A stretch of DNA of 64,000 nucleotides from Centroscyllium fabricii (GCA_051313645.2 JBNRSN020000005.1:164982001-165046000), one strand, 5' to 3'. Positions 35,816 through 47,916 are shown, numbered from the stretch's first letter. Notes: generated from the letters alone by a model not told the origin. A program made the numbers and translations.

Positions 35816-37645
35816 TGATGCGCAAATCAATCACGCCAGTCGTTGGTGAAAAGTAATTGAAGGCTTTTATTCACAAAGAACTGAACCTGGTCTGCGATGA
35901 GTCCGACGTGAACAGGGACTCCACCGGTGGAAGAGGTACCTCAGGCGTAGGAAGATCTGGTGGAAGTGTAGCAGCCGCCGGAAGGGTAGGCTGAGCAACG
36001 TGATGAGCTCCGTCGTGCATTGTGGGTGATGAGGGCCCCGATGTAGTGTGTGCAGGTGAACGGGAAGATGGCCCCTGTTGCGAAAATGTGACCTGGGAGG
36101 GCAAGGGCTCCGCCAACGACTGTAAGTGAACGTCTCCAGCGGGCGCAAGGTCTCTAATCGAGACGGTGTCCTCATGCCCGTCTGGGTACTCCACGTAAAC
36201 ATACTGAGGGTTGGCATGCAGCAGGCGCACACGTTCAACAAGTGGGTCTGTCTTGTGTCCACGGACGTGCCTCCTAAGCAGAACCGGCCCGGGGTTGGTA
36301 AGCCACGTCGGCAGAGACGTCCCCGAAGTCGATTTCCTGGGGAAAGAGAAGAGTTTCTCGTGAGGCATGCAACCGGTGGCTGTACACAAGAGGGAACGGG
36401 TAGCGTAGAGCGCATCCTGGAGGACCTCCTGCCAGTGGGAGGTTAGAAGGCCTTTGGATCGAAGGGCCAGGGTGATGGCCTTCCAGATGGTCCCATTATA
36501 ACGTTCTACCTGACCGTTCCCCCGGGGGTTGTAACTGGTCGTTCTGCTCGAGGCAACCCCCCTCACGAGCAGAAAATGACACAGTTCGTCACTCATAAAT
36601 GAGGACCCCCGGTCGCTGTGTATGAAGCTGGGAAGGCCGAAAACGGCGAATAGCGTGATAAGATGCTTTATCACTGTTGCACTCGTCATATCTGGGCATG
36701 GGAATGCAAAAGGGAAATGGGAGAACTCGTCGACCACAGTGAGAATGTACGAGTTACGGTTGGTAGAGGGGAGGGGACCTTTGAAGTCCACACTCAGGCG
36801 CTCGAATGGGCGGGTGGCCTTGATGAGGTGCACCCTGTCAGGCCTGTAAAGCTGGGACTTGCACTCAGCACAGACAGGGCACTCCTGCGTCATCGCCTTG
36901 ATCTCCGCAATGGAATAAGGGAGATTGCGAGATTTGACGAAGTGAGCGAGCCTGGTGACCCCCGGGTGGCAGAGATTAGCATGGAGGGTGTTCAGACTAC
37001 CCGACTGGGCACTGGCATACGATCCTCGGGACAGGGCGTCTGGGGGATCGTTAAGCTTCCCTGGCCGGTACAGAATGTCGTACTCAAAAGCGGAGAGTTC
37101 GATCCGCCACCTGAGGATCTTGTCATTCTTAATCTTACCCCTCTGTTTATGGTGGAACATAAATGCTACTGACCGCTGGTCAGTAAGAAGGGTAAAACGT
37201 TTACCGGCCAAATAGTGGCGCCAGTGGCGCACTGCTTCCACGATTGCTTGGGCCTCTTTTTCCACTGAAGAGTGGCGGACTTCTGGGCCCTGTAGGGTAC
37301 GGGAGAAGAAAGCGACGGGCCTGCCTGCCTGGTTAAGGGTGGCGGCCAGGGCGAAGTCTGAGGCGTCGCTTTCGACCTGGAAGGGAAGAGACTCATCAAT
37401 GGCGTGCATGGTTGCCTTGATGATGTCTTGCTTGATATGCGAAAATGCAATTTGGGCCTCTAACGGGAGCGGGTAGGAGGTAGCTCTGAGGAGAGGCCGG
37501 GCCTTATCAGCATAATGGGGAACCCATTGTGCATAATACGAGAAAAACCCCAGGCATCTCCTCAAAGATTTGGGGGAGTGCGGCAGGGGCAGCTCCTGAA
37601 GGGGGCGCATACGTTCGGGATCAGGGCCAAGGACCCCGTTCTCAA
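35816..37645 (-). mobile_element. Truncated Gypsy element: pol 3' half fused to the R/U5 end of its LTR
   Basis: LTR terminus GTGAATAAAAGCCT..GCGCATCA at 35816-35900; pol related to 48145-53077; no 5' LTR or TSD found. Confidence 0.85.
35871..37610 (-). CDS. pol: Open pol fragment (RT thumb, RNase H, integrase), 579 aa
   Basis: VESDASD, EKEAQA, TDQRS (RNase H); HHCC zinc finger, SVDFKGP, HSDRG, NGQVER (DDE integrase); no internal stop but no natural start. Confidence 0.75.
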   Translation of the reverse strand: MRPLQELPLPHSPKSLRRCLGFFSYYAQWVPHYADKARPLLRATSYPLPLEAQIAFSHIKQDIIKATMHAIDESLPFQVESDASDFALAATLNQAGRPVAFFSRTLQGPEVRHSSVEKEAQAIVEAVRHWRHYLAGKRFTLLTDQRSVAFMFHHKQRGKIKNDKILRWRIELSAFEYDILYRPGKLNDPPDALSRGSYASAQSGSLNTLHANLCHPGVTRLAHFVKSRNLPYSIAEIKAMTQECPVCAECKSQLYRPDRVHLIKATRPFERLSVDFKGPLPSTNRNSYILTVVDEFSHFPFAFPCPDMTSATVIKHLITLFAVFGLPSFIHSDRGSSFMSDELCHFLLVRGVASSRTTSYNPRGNGQVERYNGTIWKAITLALRSKGLLTSHWQEVLQDALYATRSLLCTATGCMPHEKLFSFPRKSTSGTSLPTWLTNPGPVLLRRHVRGHKTDPLVERVRLLHANPQYVYVEYPDGHEDTVSIRDLAPAGDVHLQSLAEPLPSQVTFSQQGPSSRSPAHTTSGPSSPTMHDGAHHVAQPTLPAAATLPPDLPTPEVPLPPVESLFTSDSSQTRFSSL

Positions 37646-38294
37646 TTTATTAAATGCATCAGAAATAGCCCAGAAGATTCATTGTGCCAGTTATAGATTA
37701 TCTCATGAATAATGGAAAGTATTAAGGTTAAATGAAAACTATTATGGGAAAAAAGCTAAACGAATCATCAATTGCTTGCTGTATTTATCACTTTGGGTGC
37801 ATTTTTGTGCTCATCAAGATGAATGATGCCAGTGCTGGATGATGGAATATTTTTTCTATTTCTGCATTTGGTCTCTGTATCGGACACTCCGAGATCAAAT
37901 AAAGCATAGGTTAGATGCAGGGAAATGCTAAATCTGCAGGAACTCGCCTCTTCCTCTGCTTTCTCTCTAATCGCTCATCATACACTCTCCAAGCTCATTT
38001 TGTCTGTGAGGTCCAAAGTTTAAAGTGAACTCTGGCAGTGTGCCAAATCCCCACCTTCTGCTCCTCCAGTTTGGCCAAGCCTTGAATTCCCCATCCATGG
38101 TTCGACCAAATCTCATGTTCCCTCTCCACAGCATGATCAAAGGAACTTCCTCCTTAAATCCTTCCACGTTGCCTCCTTTTCCAACCCTTAATAGCCACGC
38201 TGCTCTAACCCAGCAGACCACTGCAATGCTGCAAAATTCCAAGACCCCTTCTCAGTTCTCCCAAATCTCAGGACTGTCTGTCCCCCCATGATGG

Positions 38295-39292
38295 TGATGC
38301 ACTATCAATAACCTCAAAAGGCTAGAAGTTATGTGAATAAACAATAGGCTTTTAATTCCTAAGAAGGAGCATACCTTTCTGCTGAGTGACTGGTCCAAGA
38401 CTAAAGGGGGGTTGGGGAGCAGTCACCCTTATACCTGGGTCTGGGGGAGGAGCCACAGGCGGCGCCAGCAGGGGCATGTCCAGGTAGGTTACATGCAGTG
38501 GACGAAAATATTGGCCCAGAAATTGCAGTCTGCACATATCGGGTTTAAGCTCTGGTGCGAGCGTACCAGAGCTTAAACCCGCAGGAAGCAGCCGGTAGCG
38601 CAGCTTCGGGTTTTCCTGTGCCGCCCAGCGTGGGGGTCGCTGCTTCCTGCGAGGTCCAGCGCAGGAAGCAGTGAACTACGGGATCATCCAGTCATTCCGA
38701 TATTTTAAAAAAGTTTTTCTACGGACCAAGAGCAGAAAATTCAACACTGGAAAATAGGAGTCGTAAACACCCGTTTTAATCTAGTAAGTGTGTATTTTAT
38801 TGATTTTAATTGTTGTTTTTTTAGGTTTTTAATTGTTGATAACTTTAAAGACAGGTAAGTATTTTTTTTAGACCTTTTGGAAGTTGAAAAAAATTTCTGC
38901 AAATTTTTATTTTTTCTTTAAAATAGGTTATTTGTGTTAGTTGGGGTAATGTTTAAAAAATGTGGTGTTTGTAAAATTTTATTTTTGTGTTTAGATGTCT
39001 TTTGGGAATCTCTCCTTTCAAAACTCGCACAGATTTCTCTGTGGCAGTTTTGAACGGAGAATTGCTTCCACTGATTGGCTCCCTGCCAATCAGGTGGTCT
39101 CAAAAGCCACCTCGCACTAATTACGCCCTTCAGATGCCCATGAAACTCGCACGGAGCTCTGACAGGCTGGGCTCACTGCAAAAAAGCAAAACTGAATATG
39201 GGCAATTAAAGTGCGTTAAGCAGGTACTGCACCCGCACGAAGGCTCCACTGCAATTTCTGGGCCAATATGTACAATACAGTGGTTTACCACA
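38295..39292 (-). mobile_element. Solo LTR (TGTGGTAA...GCATCA lineage) with nested MITE
   Basis: TG...CA ends, 5-bp TSD GATGG (38290-38294, 39293-39297), ATTAAAAGCCT on minus strand. Confidence 0.85.
38513..39264. mobile_element. MITE (copy 2 of 11820-12583)
   Basis: Perfect TIR GGCCCAGAAATTGCAGT; colinear with copy 1. Confidence 0.85.
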
Positions 39293-40006
39293 GATGGCAA
39301 ACTCCAGGACTAACTCTGAGTGTTACCAAGCCTAAGATTGCCCACATTACTACCAGTACAGTGCCAGCCCCAGTGCACCTAAACCCCAAGGGCACGAATA
39401 GGTACATTTTAAAAGCTTTTAGCTATTAAAAAACATATTTAATTTATTAAGAAACTACTGTACACCAATTAAACTAGTAAATGGTTCTATATAGTTTTTC
39501 AACTATTTAAAATTGGGTTACACACAGGTGGTGAACTGGACACTCTTATTAAAAATGCTCATTTTTTGTGACAATTACATTTTCAGCTGTATTAATCAAA
39601 CTGCACCAGGTTACCTCTCTTAAATAGAGCAAGGATTTGTTTTTAACAGGAGAAAAAAAATTACATTCTAAAACGCTGCCCGATTGCGCTGGTTCATGGA
39701 AGAGTTTACATTTGTGATTATGCAAATTAATTTGAGTGGAAACTTGAACCATAAAATCCATTCGGAAACATTTTGAGTGCAATTCGTGCCCGGATCGCCG
39801 ATTGCGCCCAAAGCAGAAACATTACCCCGAGATATCTACTTCTAACTTGATGTATATACTCAGCTTTAAAAATGGTAATTGTAGAAATCAAATATATATT
39901 GGTAAAGGAATAAAGGTCACTCATTTATGGTTTTCACAGAATAACAGAGCCATGGAATTCAATCACCAAAGCGGCAGTATATCATTTAGTAAGCATTGAA
40001 CTTCAG

Positions 40007-40272
40007 CTCCGATTTTAACTCCAGCTGGATTACCCGCCTAGCCCTGAGCTAAAATTACAGTCAGGTCTCAATGATGTCATCGGGCCGCAACATGCATATG
40101 TAAAGAAGGACCCCGTTGGCTCCAGGCCCGTGTCCTTGCTGCCTGCTCAGGAGAGCAGGTTAAAGTTGCAGATGTTGTGATCACAGTGGTTTTTGGACAG
40201 GTAAGAGCCAGGGCGATTTTAACTACCCACCTGCCAGATTTCTGCTGAGCGAGTAGGGTTAAAATCGCCCCT
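40007..40272. mobile_element. MITE-like repeat (copy 2, uninterrupted)
   Basis: Colinear with 4186-4675 once the solo LTR is removed. Confidence 0.65.
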
Positions 40273-41500
40273 TATCAGTAGCCCTGATGTTATGCCCTAC
40301 ATGGCATAAGCAACCCTACTGTTATAAAAGTGTGTCTTCTGACTCATTATGAGAATGCCATGGGAGATCTACCAGTAAATGTTATATAGAAATAAAATTG
40401 AGTCACCTAGACCAATATACCAGAGCGTATTGCAACTCAGCTTGCAGTGCCTCATTGATCAGAGTAATGTGAGTGTGTTTGCTGAATGATTGGACTGTGC
40501 TGGTTTGGAGCAGCTGACGGCAGCCTATTTTGTGGACCATCACAACAGTCATCCTTTTCATCCTCAGCAACCTTCATTCAATCAGCAAGCAGGCTACCAT
40601 TTCCCCTATCTGCAGGGAATTGTCATGTGTTTTTGCAGTGACTACAACAGTTCAAAGGTGTTTATGATTTATTATCCAGCTGCTGACAGCAGCATCATCC
40701 TGAACTGCCAGCTCAAGTCGGTTATCTACCGTTCAGAACGTGCAACAACCAAAGCCTTGCCACAGGCAAAATGAAGTTAAGTAACCAATTGCACATTGCA
40801 AGGTGAAGAAGCAACATTCGTACCCGTTTATGTGTCATTCTGTGACTATTACCTCAGAATACTGGCACAGGAATGGGAAGACTAACTACAGGGAAATAAG
40901 TGATCTGTTTAATTCCTGAATAAAACATAAGAACAATTTACAATTATGTAGAAAATATCCTAAGGTGTTTCACTGAGGAATAGAGGACATTGAGCAACAG
41001 TGGAAGGGTTAGGACAGATGATGGAAAGCACAGCAAAAAAGATTGGTTTTAATTAAGGTATTATGGGTGGAAGAGAGACCAAAGATGAAGAGTTTAGAGA
41101 GGAAGTTGAAGAAAGTAAAACTACGACATTGATGGTTCTGCCACCAATGGAGGATGAGAAGGAAAAAGGAGATACACAGAGTTTGAAGGACATTGCCGAG
41201 GATGTAAAGTTGGAGGATGTTAGGTAGGCAAGACTATGGAAGCACATGGAATTCAATGGGTTGGGGGCAGGTAGCCAATGGAGGTTGGTGAGGATGTGCG
41301 TGATGGGCAAGTGGGTCTTAGTACGGGATAAGGTGCAAGCAGTGGAATTTTTGACTTGTCAGTAGAACTTGGGAGGTTGGTGAGAAGGTCTTGGAGAGGT
41401 CAAGCCTAGAGGTAAAATCGCCTTGGGTAAGTTTGACTGGCGATGGGAGTGAGATAATTACAGAGGTGGAAGTAAGTGGTCTTAGTGACTGATAGGATAT

Positions 41501-41965
41501 GGGAGGAAAAATTGAGTCGCGCCCCCTATGGGGCGCTAACTTTGCCAGGGTGCTACTTTTAGCCGAAATTGAGTGGTAGAGCCCCAAGAGGGAAGCAGGG
41601 CGCTACTGGAAGAGCCGTGCCTCCCTCTTGGGGTGCTGCGGGGGAACATCAACCATCTTGGTATGGAGTGGTGTACAGGGCAGTGGGCAGGAGAGTGGAA
41701 TGGTGCGAGGCCCAGCTGGGCTACTGGGATTGGACTGCTGGCAAAAGAGAAGTGCCGGCACGCCACTGGGGGGTGGAGGGTGCTCAGGAAGCCAGGGACG
41801 GCAGCAAAGGCAGGTGCTGGCAGGCAGTCAGCAACAAAAATGGGCGCCCAGCTGAATTTCACGGGAGGCATTGGCGCTGCCGCGCCCAGGTGCTAGTTGC
41901 TTTGCGCCCCATTAACGCCCTCTTAGGGAGCTAACAGGAGGCGCAAAGCAATCAAATGTTCCCCC
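41501..41965. mobile_element. GC-rich MITE-like element
   Basis: Imperfect ends GGAGGAAAAATTGA / TCAAATGTTCCCC with repeated GGGCGCTA/GCGCCCC subterminal motifs; sharp GC shift relative to flanks. Confidence 0.45.
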
Positions 41966-42539
41966 ATGAGATTTAAAGCTGAGATGCAATTCTTGATCCA
42001 TAGTCTGATATTGGGGGACCATTACTCCATTATCTACAGACAATTTTAAAATGTTTTTCATGTGCTTTTTATTTTTGAGTGGAGCATCAGTGCGAATGAT
42101 TGCAGAACCTTTCAAGAGTTTAAACGGGTTGGGTAGAGTTGATGATAGAGCAGGTTTGTACTTGTTCCATGCAAGTAACAGGCCTGATGAGTCGCCATCA
42201 TCTTCTCACTCTACTCTTTTATTAGAAAGAATTCAGTGCTCGTTCCACAGCCACTCAGTGTTTGGTTTGTCTTCATGAAGCACGGATAATGTAGCAATGA
42301 GAGTATTGGATGTTGTGAGGCATGTGGCAATGGCTGGGGCATTCAAGAATGACGAGTATGTATGGTGTAGGATGGGTGCAGTGCCTCAACAGCCTTGACA
42401 TGCAACATCATTCCAACATTCCTCACACCATTCCACTCTTCTGCCCACTGCCCTATCGTTCCGTCCACCGCCCTGCACACCACTCCATACCAAGATTGTT
42501 GACATTTTTCCCCTCATAGCCTTGAACATGTTGTTGCTT

Positions 42540-42745
42540 TGCAGTTCACTAACCATCACTTGCAAAACTTTCTGTTTGTGTCCCTCCAATCTGGCTTCTG
42601 ACCATCTCATAGCACCAAGACTGCCCTGGCCAAAGTCATGAATGACATCCTTTGTGACTGTGATTATGATACATTATCCCTTCTTTTTCCCCTCAACCTC
42701 ACTCCAGCATTTGACAAGCTGCACCATCCTCCTCAATCATCTCTC
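42540..42745 (+). mobile_element. L2 RT fragment
   Basis: LQSGF*PSHSTKTALAKVMNDIL..AFDK. Confidence 0.7.
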
Positions 42746-43058
42746 TGTCTAGAATTATAGAATGATGTAGCACAGAAGGAGGCCATTTGGCCCATTGTGC
42801 CTGTGCTAACTCTTTGAAAGAGCTATCCAATTAGTTCCAGTCCCCTGGTGTTTTCCCGTAGCTCTGCAAATCTGTAGCCTTAGCATCTAACATTCAGCAG
42901 CCTTCCACCAGCCTTGCTGCAGCCACTGGGGCCCCATTACAGAGGAGCAGTAGGGTAGGAAGAGGGGGAAGTGTGCAGGGGATGGAGATCACCCTCGAAG
43001 AGTAAACAGTAGGAGGTCTAAATAAATGTTGGGAATGTTTGTAGCAAAGATCGAGGTT

Positions 43059-43807
43059 CATAGAAACATAGAAACATAGAAAATAGGTGCAGGAGTAGAC
43101 CATTCGGTCCTTCGAGCCTGCACCGCCATTTAATGCGTTCATGGCTGAACATGCTACCTCAGTACCCCATTCCTGCTTTCTCGCCATACCCCTTGATCCC
43201 CCTAGTTGTGAGTATTATATCTAACTCCCTTTTGAATATACTTAGCGAACTGGCCTCAACAACCTTCTGTGGCAGAGAATTCCACAGATTCACCACTCTC
43301 TGGGTGAAGAAGTTCCTCCTCATCTCAGTCTTAAATGTCTTCCCCTTTATCCTTAGACTGTGACCCCTGGTTCTAGTCTTCCCTAACATTGGAAACAATC
43401 TGCCCGCATCTAACTTGTCTAAACCAGTCAGGATTTTAAACGTCTCTATAAGATCCCCCCTCATTCTTCTGAACTCCAGAGGATACAAGTTCAGTTGATC
43501 CAGTCTTTCTTGATATGTCAGTCCGGCCATCCCAGGAATCAATCTAGTGAACCTTCGCTGCACTCCCTCAATAGCAAGAATGTCCTTCCTCAAGTTAGGA
43601 GACCAAAACTGCACACAATACTCCAGGTGTGGCCTCACCAAGGCCCTGTACAACTGTAGCATCACCTCCCTACTCCTGTACTCAAATCCCCTTGCTAAGA
43701 AGGCCATCATGCCATTTGCTTTCTTGACCGCCTGCTGCACTTGCATTCCCACCTTCGATGACTGATGTACCATGACGCCCAGGTCTCGTTGCACCTCCCC
43801 TTTCCCT
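43059..43807 (-). mobile_element. 5'-truncated CR1
   Basis: Open 211-aa ORF2 C-terminus (QRDLGV..RPHLEYC..GYGEKAG), 3' UTR and (CTATGTTT)n tail. Confidence 0.95.
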
Positions 43808-44513
43808 CTCGCCTGAGTGAGTCTCCCTGTTCATAGTTGTGTGCTGCATGCTTCACAACCTGGCAATCTTGAGGACTCAGCCAATGCCACTAGGGATTGG
43901 TGCACCACCTGAGGAGGAGGAAGAGGAGGAGGATGAGGAGGATGATCAGCAGCAGCACCAATGTGAGAAGCAGGCGCACAATGTTGCCACTGCAAGGGCT
44001 GTCCATCAACGGTTTGTCTGATAACATTTGTTTACTGTTTTGACGTTTTTCTCCAGCTTGTGAGAACCAGTTCTGTAAATTCATGATTTGCTGTATTTGT
44101 TTCTAATTGTTTGTCCTGAATAAATGACACACACAAGAGTTTGTTAAATAAAAAAGTTGTTGTCTTCAAAATTTACATTTTTGGCCTTTGGAATCATTGC
44201 AGCTTTGGCCGGCTATAAAGGTTGCGGGTTGCTTTCCATGATGTTGTTCTCCATGCCAGAAGCCATCTTTTGAGTCGGGGCCTAGAAATGGCTTCTTATC
44301 AGCCGTTGATGGACAGCCCTTGCAGTGGCAACATTGTGCGCCTGCTTCTCACATTGGTGCTGCTGCTGATCATCCTCCTCATCCTCCTCCTCCTCCTCCT
44401 CCTCCTCCTCAGGTGGTGCACCAAACCCTAGTGGCATTGGCTGAGTCCTCAGGATTGCCAGGTTGTGAAGCATGCAGCACACAACTATGAACAGGGAGAC
44501 TCGCTCAGGCGAG
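43808..44513. repeat. About 205-bp inverted duplication of the Harbinger transposase 3' end
   Basis: 43808-44012 is the reverse complement of 44303-44513; differs mainly in (GAG)n length. Confidence 0.9.
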
Positions 44514-45774
44514 TACTGCAGGGCTCCTCCTGAGTGGTCCAGACAGTGGAACCGTTGCTTGAGCATGCCGATCGTCTGCTCAATTATGTTCCTGGTGACA
44601 CTATAGCTCTCATTATACTACAGCTTGGCAGGGGTGTTGGGGTTACGGAGCAGTATCATCAGCCAGTTGCAGAGTGGATAACCCTTGTCCCCGAGGAGCC
44701 AACCACTTGGGTAATGCGGTGCCTGGAAAAGGTCTGGCACACCAGTCTGGTGCAGGATGAAAGCATTGTGGCTGCTGCCAGGATAGCGGGCATTGACGGC
44801 GAGTATGAGCAGTCTGTGGTCACAGACCAACTGCACATTTAAGGAGTGGTAGCCCTTGCGGTTTAGGAAAACCTCTGTATTTTCATGCAGTGCTCGCAAT
44901 GCCACATGCATGCAGTCAATGGTGCCCTGCACCATGGGGAAACCTGTTATCCTAGCAAAGACACATGCACGTTCATGTTGTTTGGCCCGGGTCATGGGGA
45001 AAGAGATGTACTGGCATCGCCTTTTATACAGGGCATTTGTCACCTCAGCAATGGACAGCGAACTGGGAGATATTGCCAATGTCCCCAGTAGATGCTTGAA
45101 AGGATCTGTCACATTCACTGCCACTGACAGAGACATCCTGGTCCTCAGTTGGGGCTGCAGATCTGTTTGCAGCAGGTGGCAAAGCTCAGTGACCACCTCC
45201 TTGCTGAAGCGCAGCCTGCGCAAACACTGCTCTTCAGACAAATATTGTAGGACAATAGCTCCCGGAATACCCTGGGAGGGTAAGGTCTCCTGTGCAGAGG
45301 CCTGTTGGCCCTCCTCCCTCTGGCCATGTTTGCCACTCTCTCTCTGTGTCTCTGATGCCTCCGATTCTGCAGGTGCAGGACGACGTCCTGAATCAGTGCA
45401 GCCCCCATAGTTTCTTCTAAATCGATGCAAGTAAGGTCAAATCAAAAAGAACCTGCAAAGTGCTGCTGAGTACCCAAAACTCCATCACACAGCATTGACT
45501 CTCTCCAGAAGTGTCTCTCTCTCTCTGAATCTCTCTCTCAGAATGCGTGGTGCAAAAATGTCGCTGACAAAAAAAAGGCAGGGAGAGGCTGCCTTTAAAT
45601 AACACTCTCCCAGCCCCTTACCAACAGCAAAACGTTCCCCATTACCTGTCATTGCTAGCGGCAGGCGGAAAGGCAGGGGTCATCACTCAATATCCGGTCC
45701 GCAGCGCTACCGGGGCGTTGCACGCTCGACTGATGTCACGATCTGCGGGCGCTAATCAACCAAATATTTCCCCC
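44282..45774 (-). mobile_element. Harbinger/PIF DNA transposon with decayed DDE transposase
   Basis: RRLRFSKE, GTIDCMHV, NRKGYHSLNVQLVCD, PGSSH, LLGDKGYP, GMLKQRF..CCMLHNL motifs with frameshifts; candidate terminus GGGGAAATATTTGG at 45774; other end not found. Confidence 0.85.
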
Positions 45775-46211
45775 TATGTGTCTTCCCCGTTATCCCCCCA
45801 GCCCTCCCTTTGTCTCACCATTGGTGATAGAGCCTTCAGCCACCTCAGCCCTTCCTAAACCCTCTCTCTTAAAGACCGAAAAACCCATAATTTTGACCAA
45901 GCTGTTGGCCATTCTCTGCTAATCCCTCCCACCATGACTCGATGTCCATTCCCGTTCGCATGTTCTATTTGTGAAGAACTTAGTGATTTTTTTTCACATT
46001 CTGTAAATGGAACTTCCTAGACAGACACTGGTAATGACTTACAGTCATAGGTTTTGAAAGCTGTGAGATGCCCCCTCTGGACTCATCTTGCTGGGTCAGA
46101 GCATTCTGATCTAGCTCGAGGAACTGTCAAACAGCCCAAACCAACCAAACCACAAACAAACAACAAAATCAAGCACTTCAGGATGCGAGAGGGAGAGAAA
46201 AGCCTTTCATT

Positions 46212-46519
46212 GCGGCGGCACGGTGGCATAGTGGTTAGCACTGTTGCCTCACAGCGCCAGGGGCACAGGTTCAAATCCAGCCTCGGGTACTATCTGTGTG
46301 CATTATGCACATTCTCCCCGTGTCTGCGTGGGTTTCCTCCGGGTGCTCCGGTTTCCTCCCACAGTCCAAAGATGTGCGGGTTAGGTTGATTGGCCAGGAT
46401 AAATTGACCCTTAGTGTTAGGGGGATTAAATATGTTGGGTTACGGGGATAGGGTGGGATATGTGCAGGCTCGATGGGCCGAAATGGCCTCTATCTGCACT
46501 GTAGGGATTCTATGATTCT
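46212..46519 (+). mobile_element. HE1-type V-SINE
   Basis: A/B boxes, V-domain, short tail GGGCCGAAATGGCC..ATTCTATGATTC. Confidence 0.9.
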
Positions 46520-47394
46520 TTGATTGCACTGTTCTTTGTCATTTTATGTCTATTTATAAAATGATTGGAATACGCAGAGCCCAGTTATGTCCCAGCAACG
46601 TGCTGAAGACTAAGTTAAAAAAATCCTGCAAAGTTAACATCACGAGTCTCAACTTTGAGTGAAGGAGTTATCTGCCAAATGTATGGAGAATGCTCACTAT
46701 TGATATGCACCAAGATGTTACTGGCCAAGTAAACCTTCTTCAATGGACATCGACAAGAAATCAGACTTGATTTCTAATGTTCAGAGCACTGCTGTACAAG
46801 CTGTAAGTGGAAAGCTCATAATCTTACCTTCATTACAACAGTGACTACACTTCAAAAATACTTCATTGGCTGTGAAGTGCTTTGGGCCATCCCGAGGTCG
46901 TGAGAGGCGCTACATAAATGCAAGTCTCTTTTTAATTTTTTTATGATGATAACAATGTGCTCTAGTTTGGTTCTTGAAATGTACACCATGATCTCAATGA
47001 GACAGTTTACTTGCAACCACTCTCATCTATTTCTTGTCGATTATTTACATCTTTCCACAACAAGCACTAGTTTTCATCCAATGTGGTGGGCAGGTAACCT
47101 CCTGCCAGGACCAGCAATGAGAACGTTTAAGAACATAGAAAGATGGATGGGCTGAACAAGGCTGTTAATTTTTGATAGATCACCACCTACCAGCCTCCAT
47201 ACTTTGACCCCATCTCTCACCAGAAACATATCTAGTCGGTTTTTGAATCCTTTTCTCTTCCGTGTATTTTTTTGTTAAAGATTTTTTTTGAAAGAAAACA
47301 CAGAATCAGAATTGTAACAATCTAAACCCATCTATACTATCTGCCTGAATGATCTTCACTCATAACTTGTTTCACAAACATGTCACAAACATGG

Positions 47395-47590
47395 AAATGT
47401 GCTGCCTGAAAGGGCGGTGGATGTAAATTCCATAGTAACTTTCAAAAGGGAATTGGATAAATATTTGAAAAGGAAACATTTACAGGGTTATGGGGAATGA
47501 GTGTGGTAGTGGGACTATCTGGATTTCAAAGAGCCAGCACAGGCACGATGGGCTGAATGGCCTCTGTCTGTGATGTAAGATTCTATGTTA
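47395..47590 (+). mobile_element. CR1 3' end fragment
   Basis: LPERAV..FKRELDKYL..GYGE and 3' UTR ending ATTCTATG. Confidence 0.75.
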
Positions 47591-47916
47591 TCATTTCAGT
47601 ACGGTGGAAGTCAAGTGGGAGTTTTTAAACACAATGCTACCCTTGAAATGGCCACTAGGAGTTGCAAGAGGCACTCCAGCATGGTCTACCCTCTGCTTTT
47701 TCTTCTCTCCCTGTGAGAAAAGCATCTACCTTGCAGCCGAGATCAAAAACCTGCTACGTGGGCCTGACAATGCACTGCCGGGCACCACGCATTGGACCAG
47801 TTTCGCCTCAACATTAATTAAAACATATTTCCTCTATGTTCAAGCATGGTCGCAAATCAGTAAAACTAGCGCAGATAACGAAACAATTACATTGAGATAT
47901 CGATGTATCAGAGGGC

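Noticed and set aside
44282-45430. Domesticated HARBI1 gene
   Set aside because: Frameshifted and adjacent to a TIR-like end; a transposon copy
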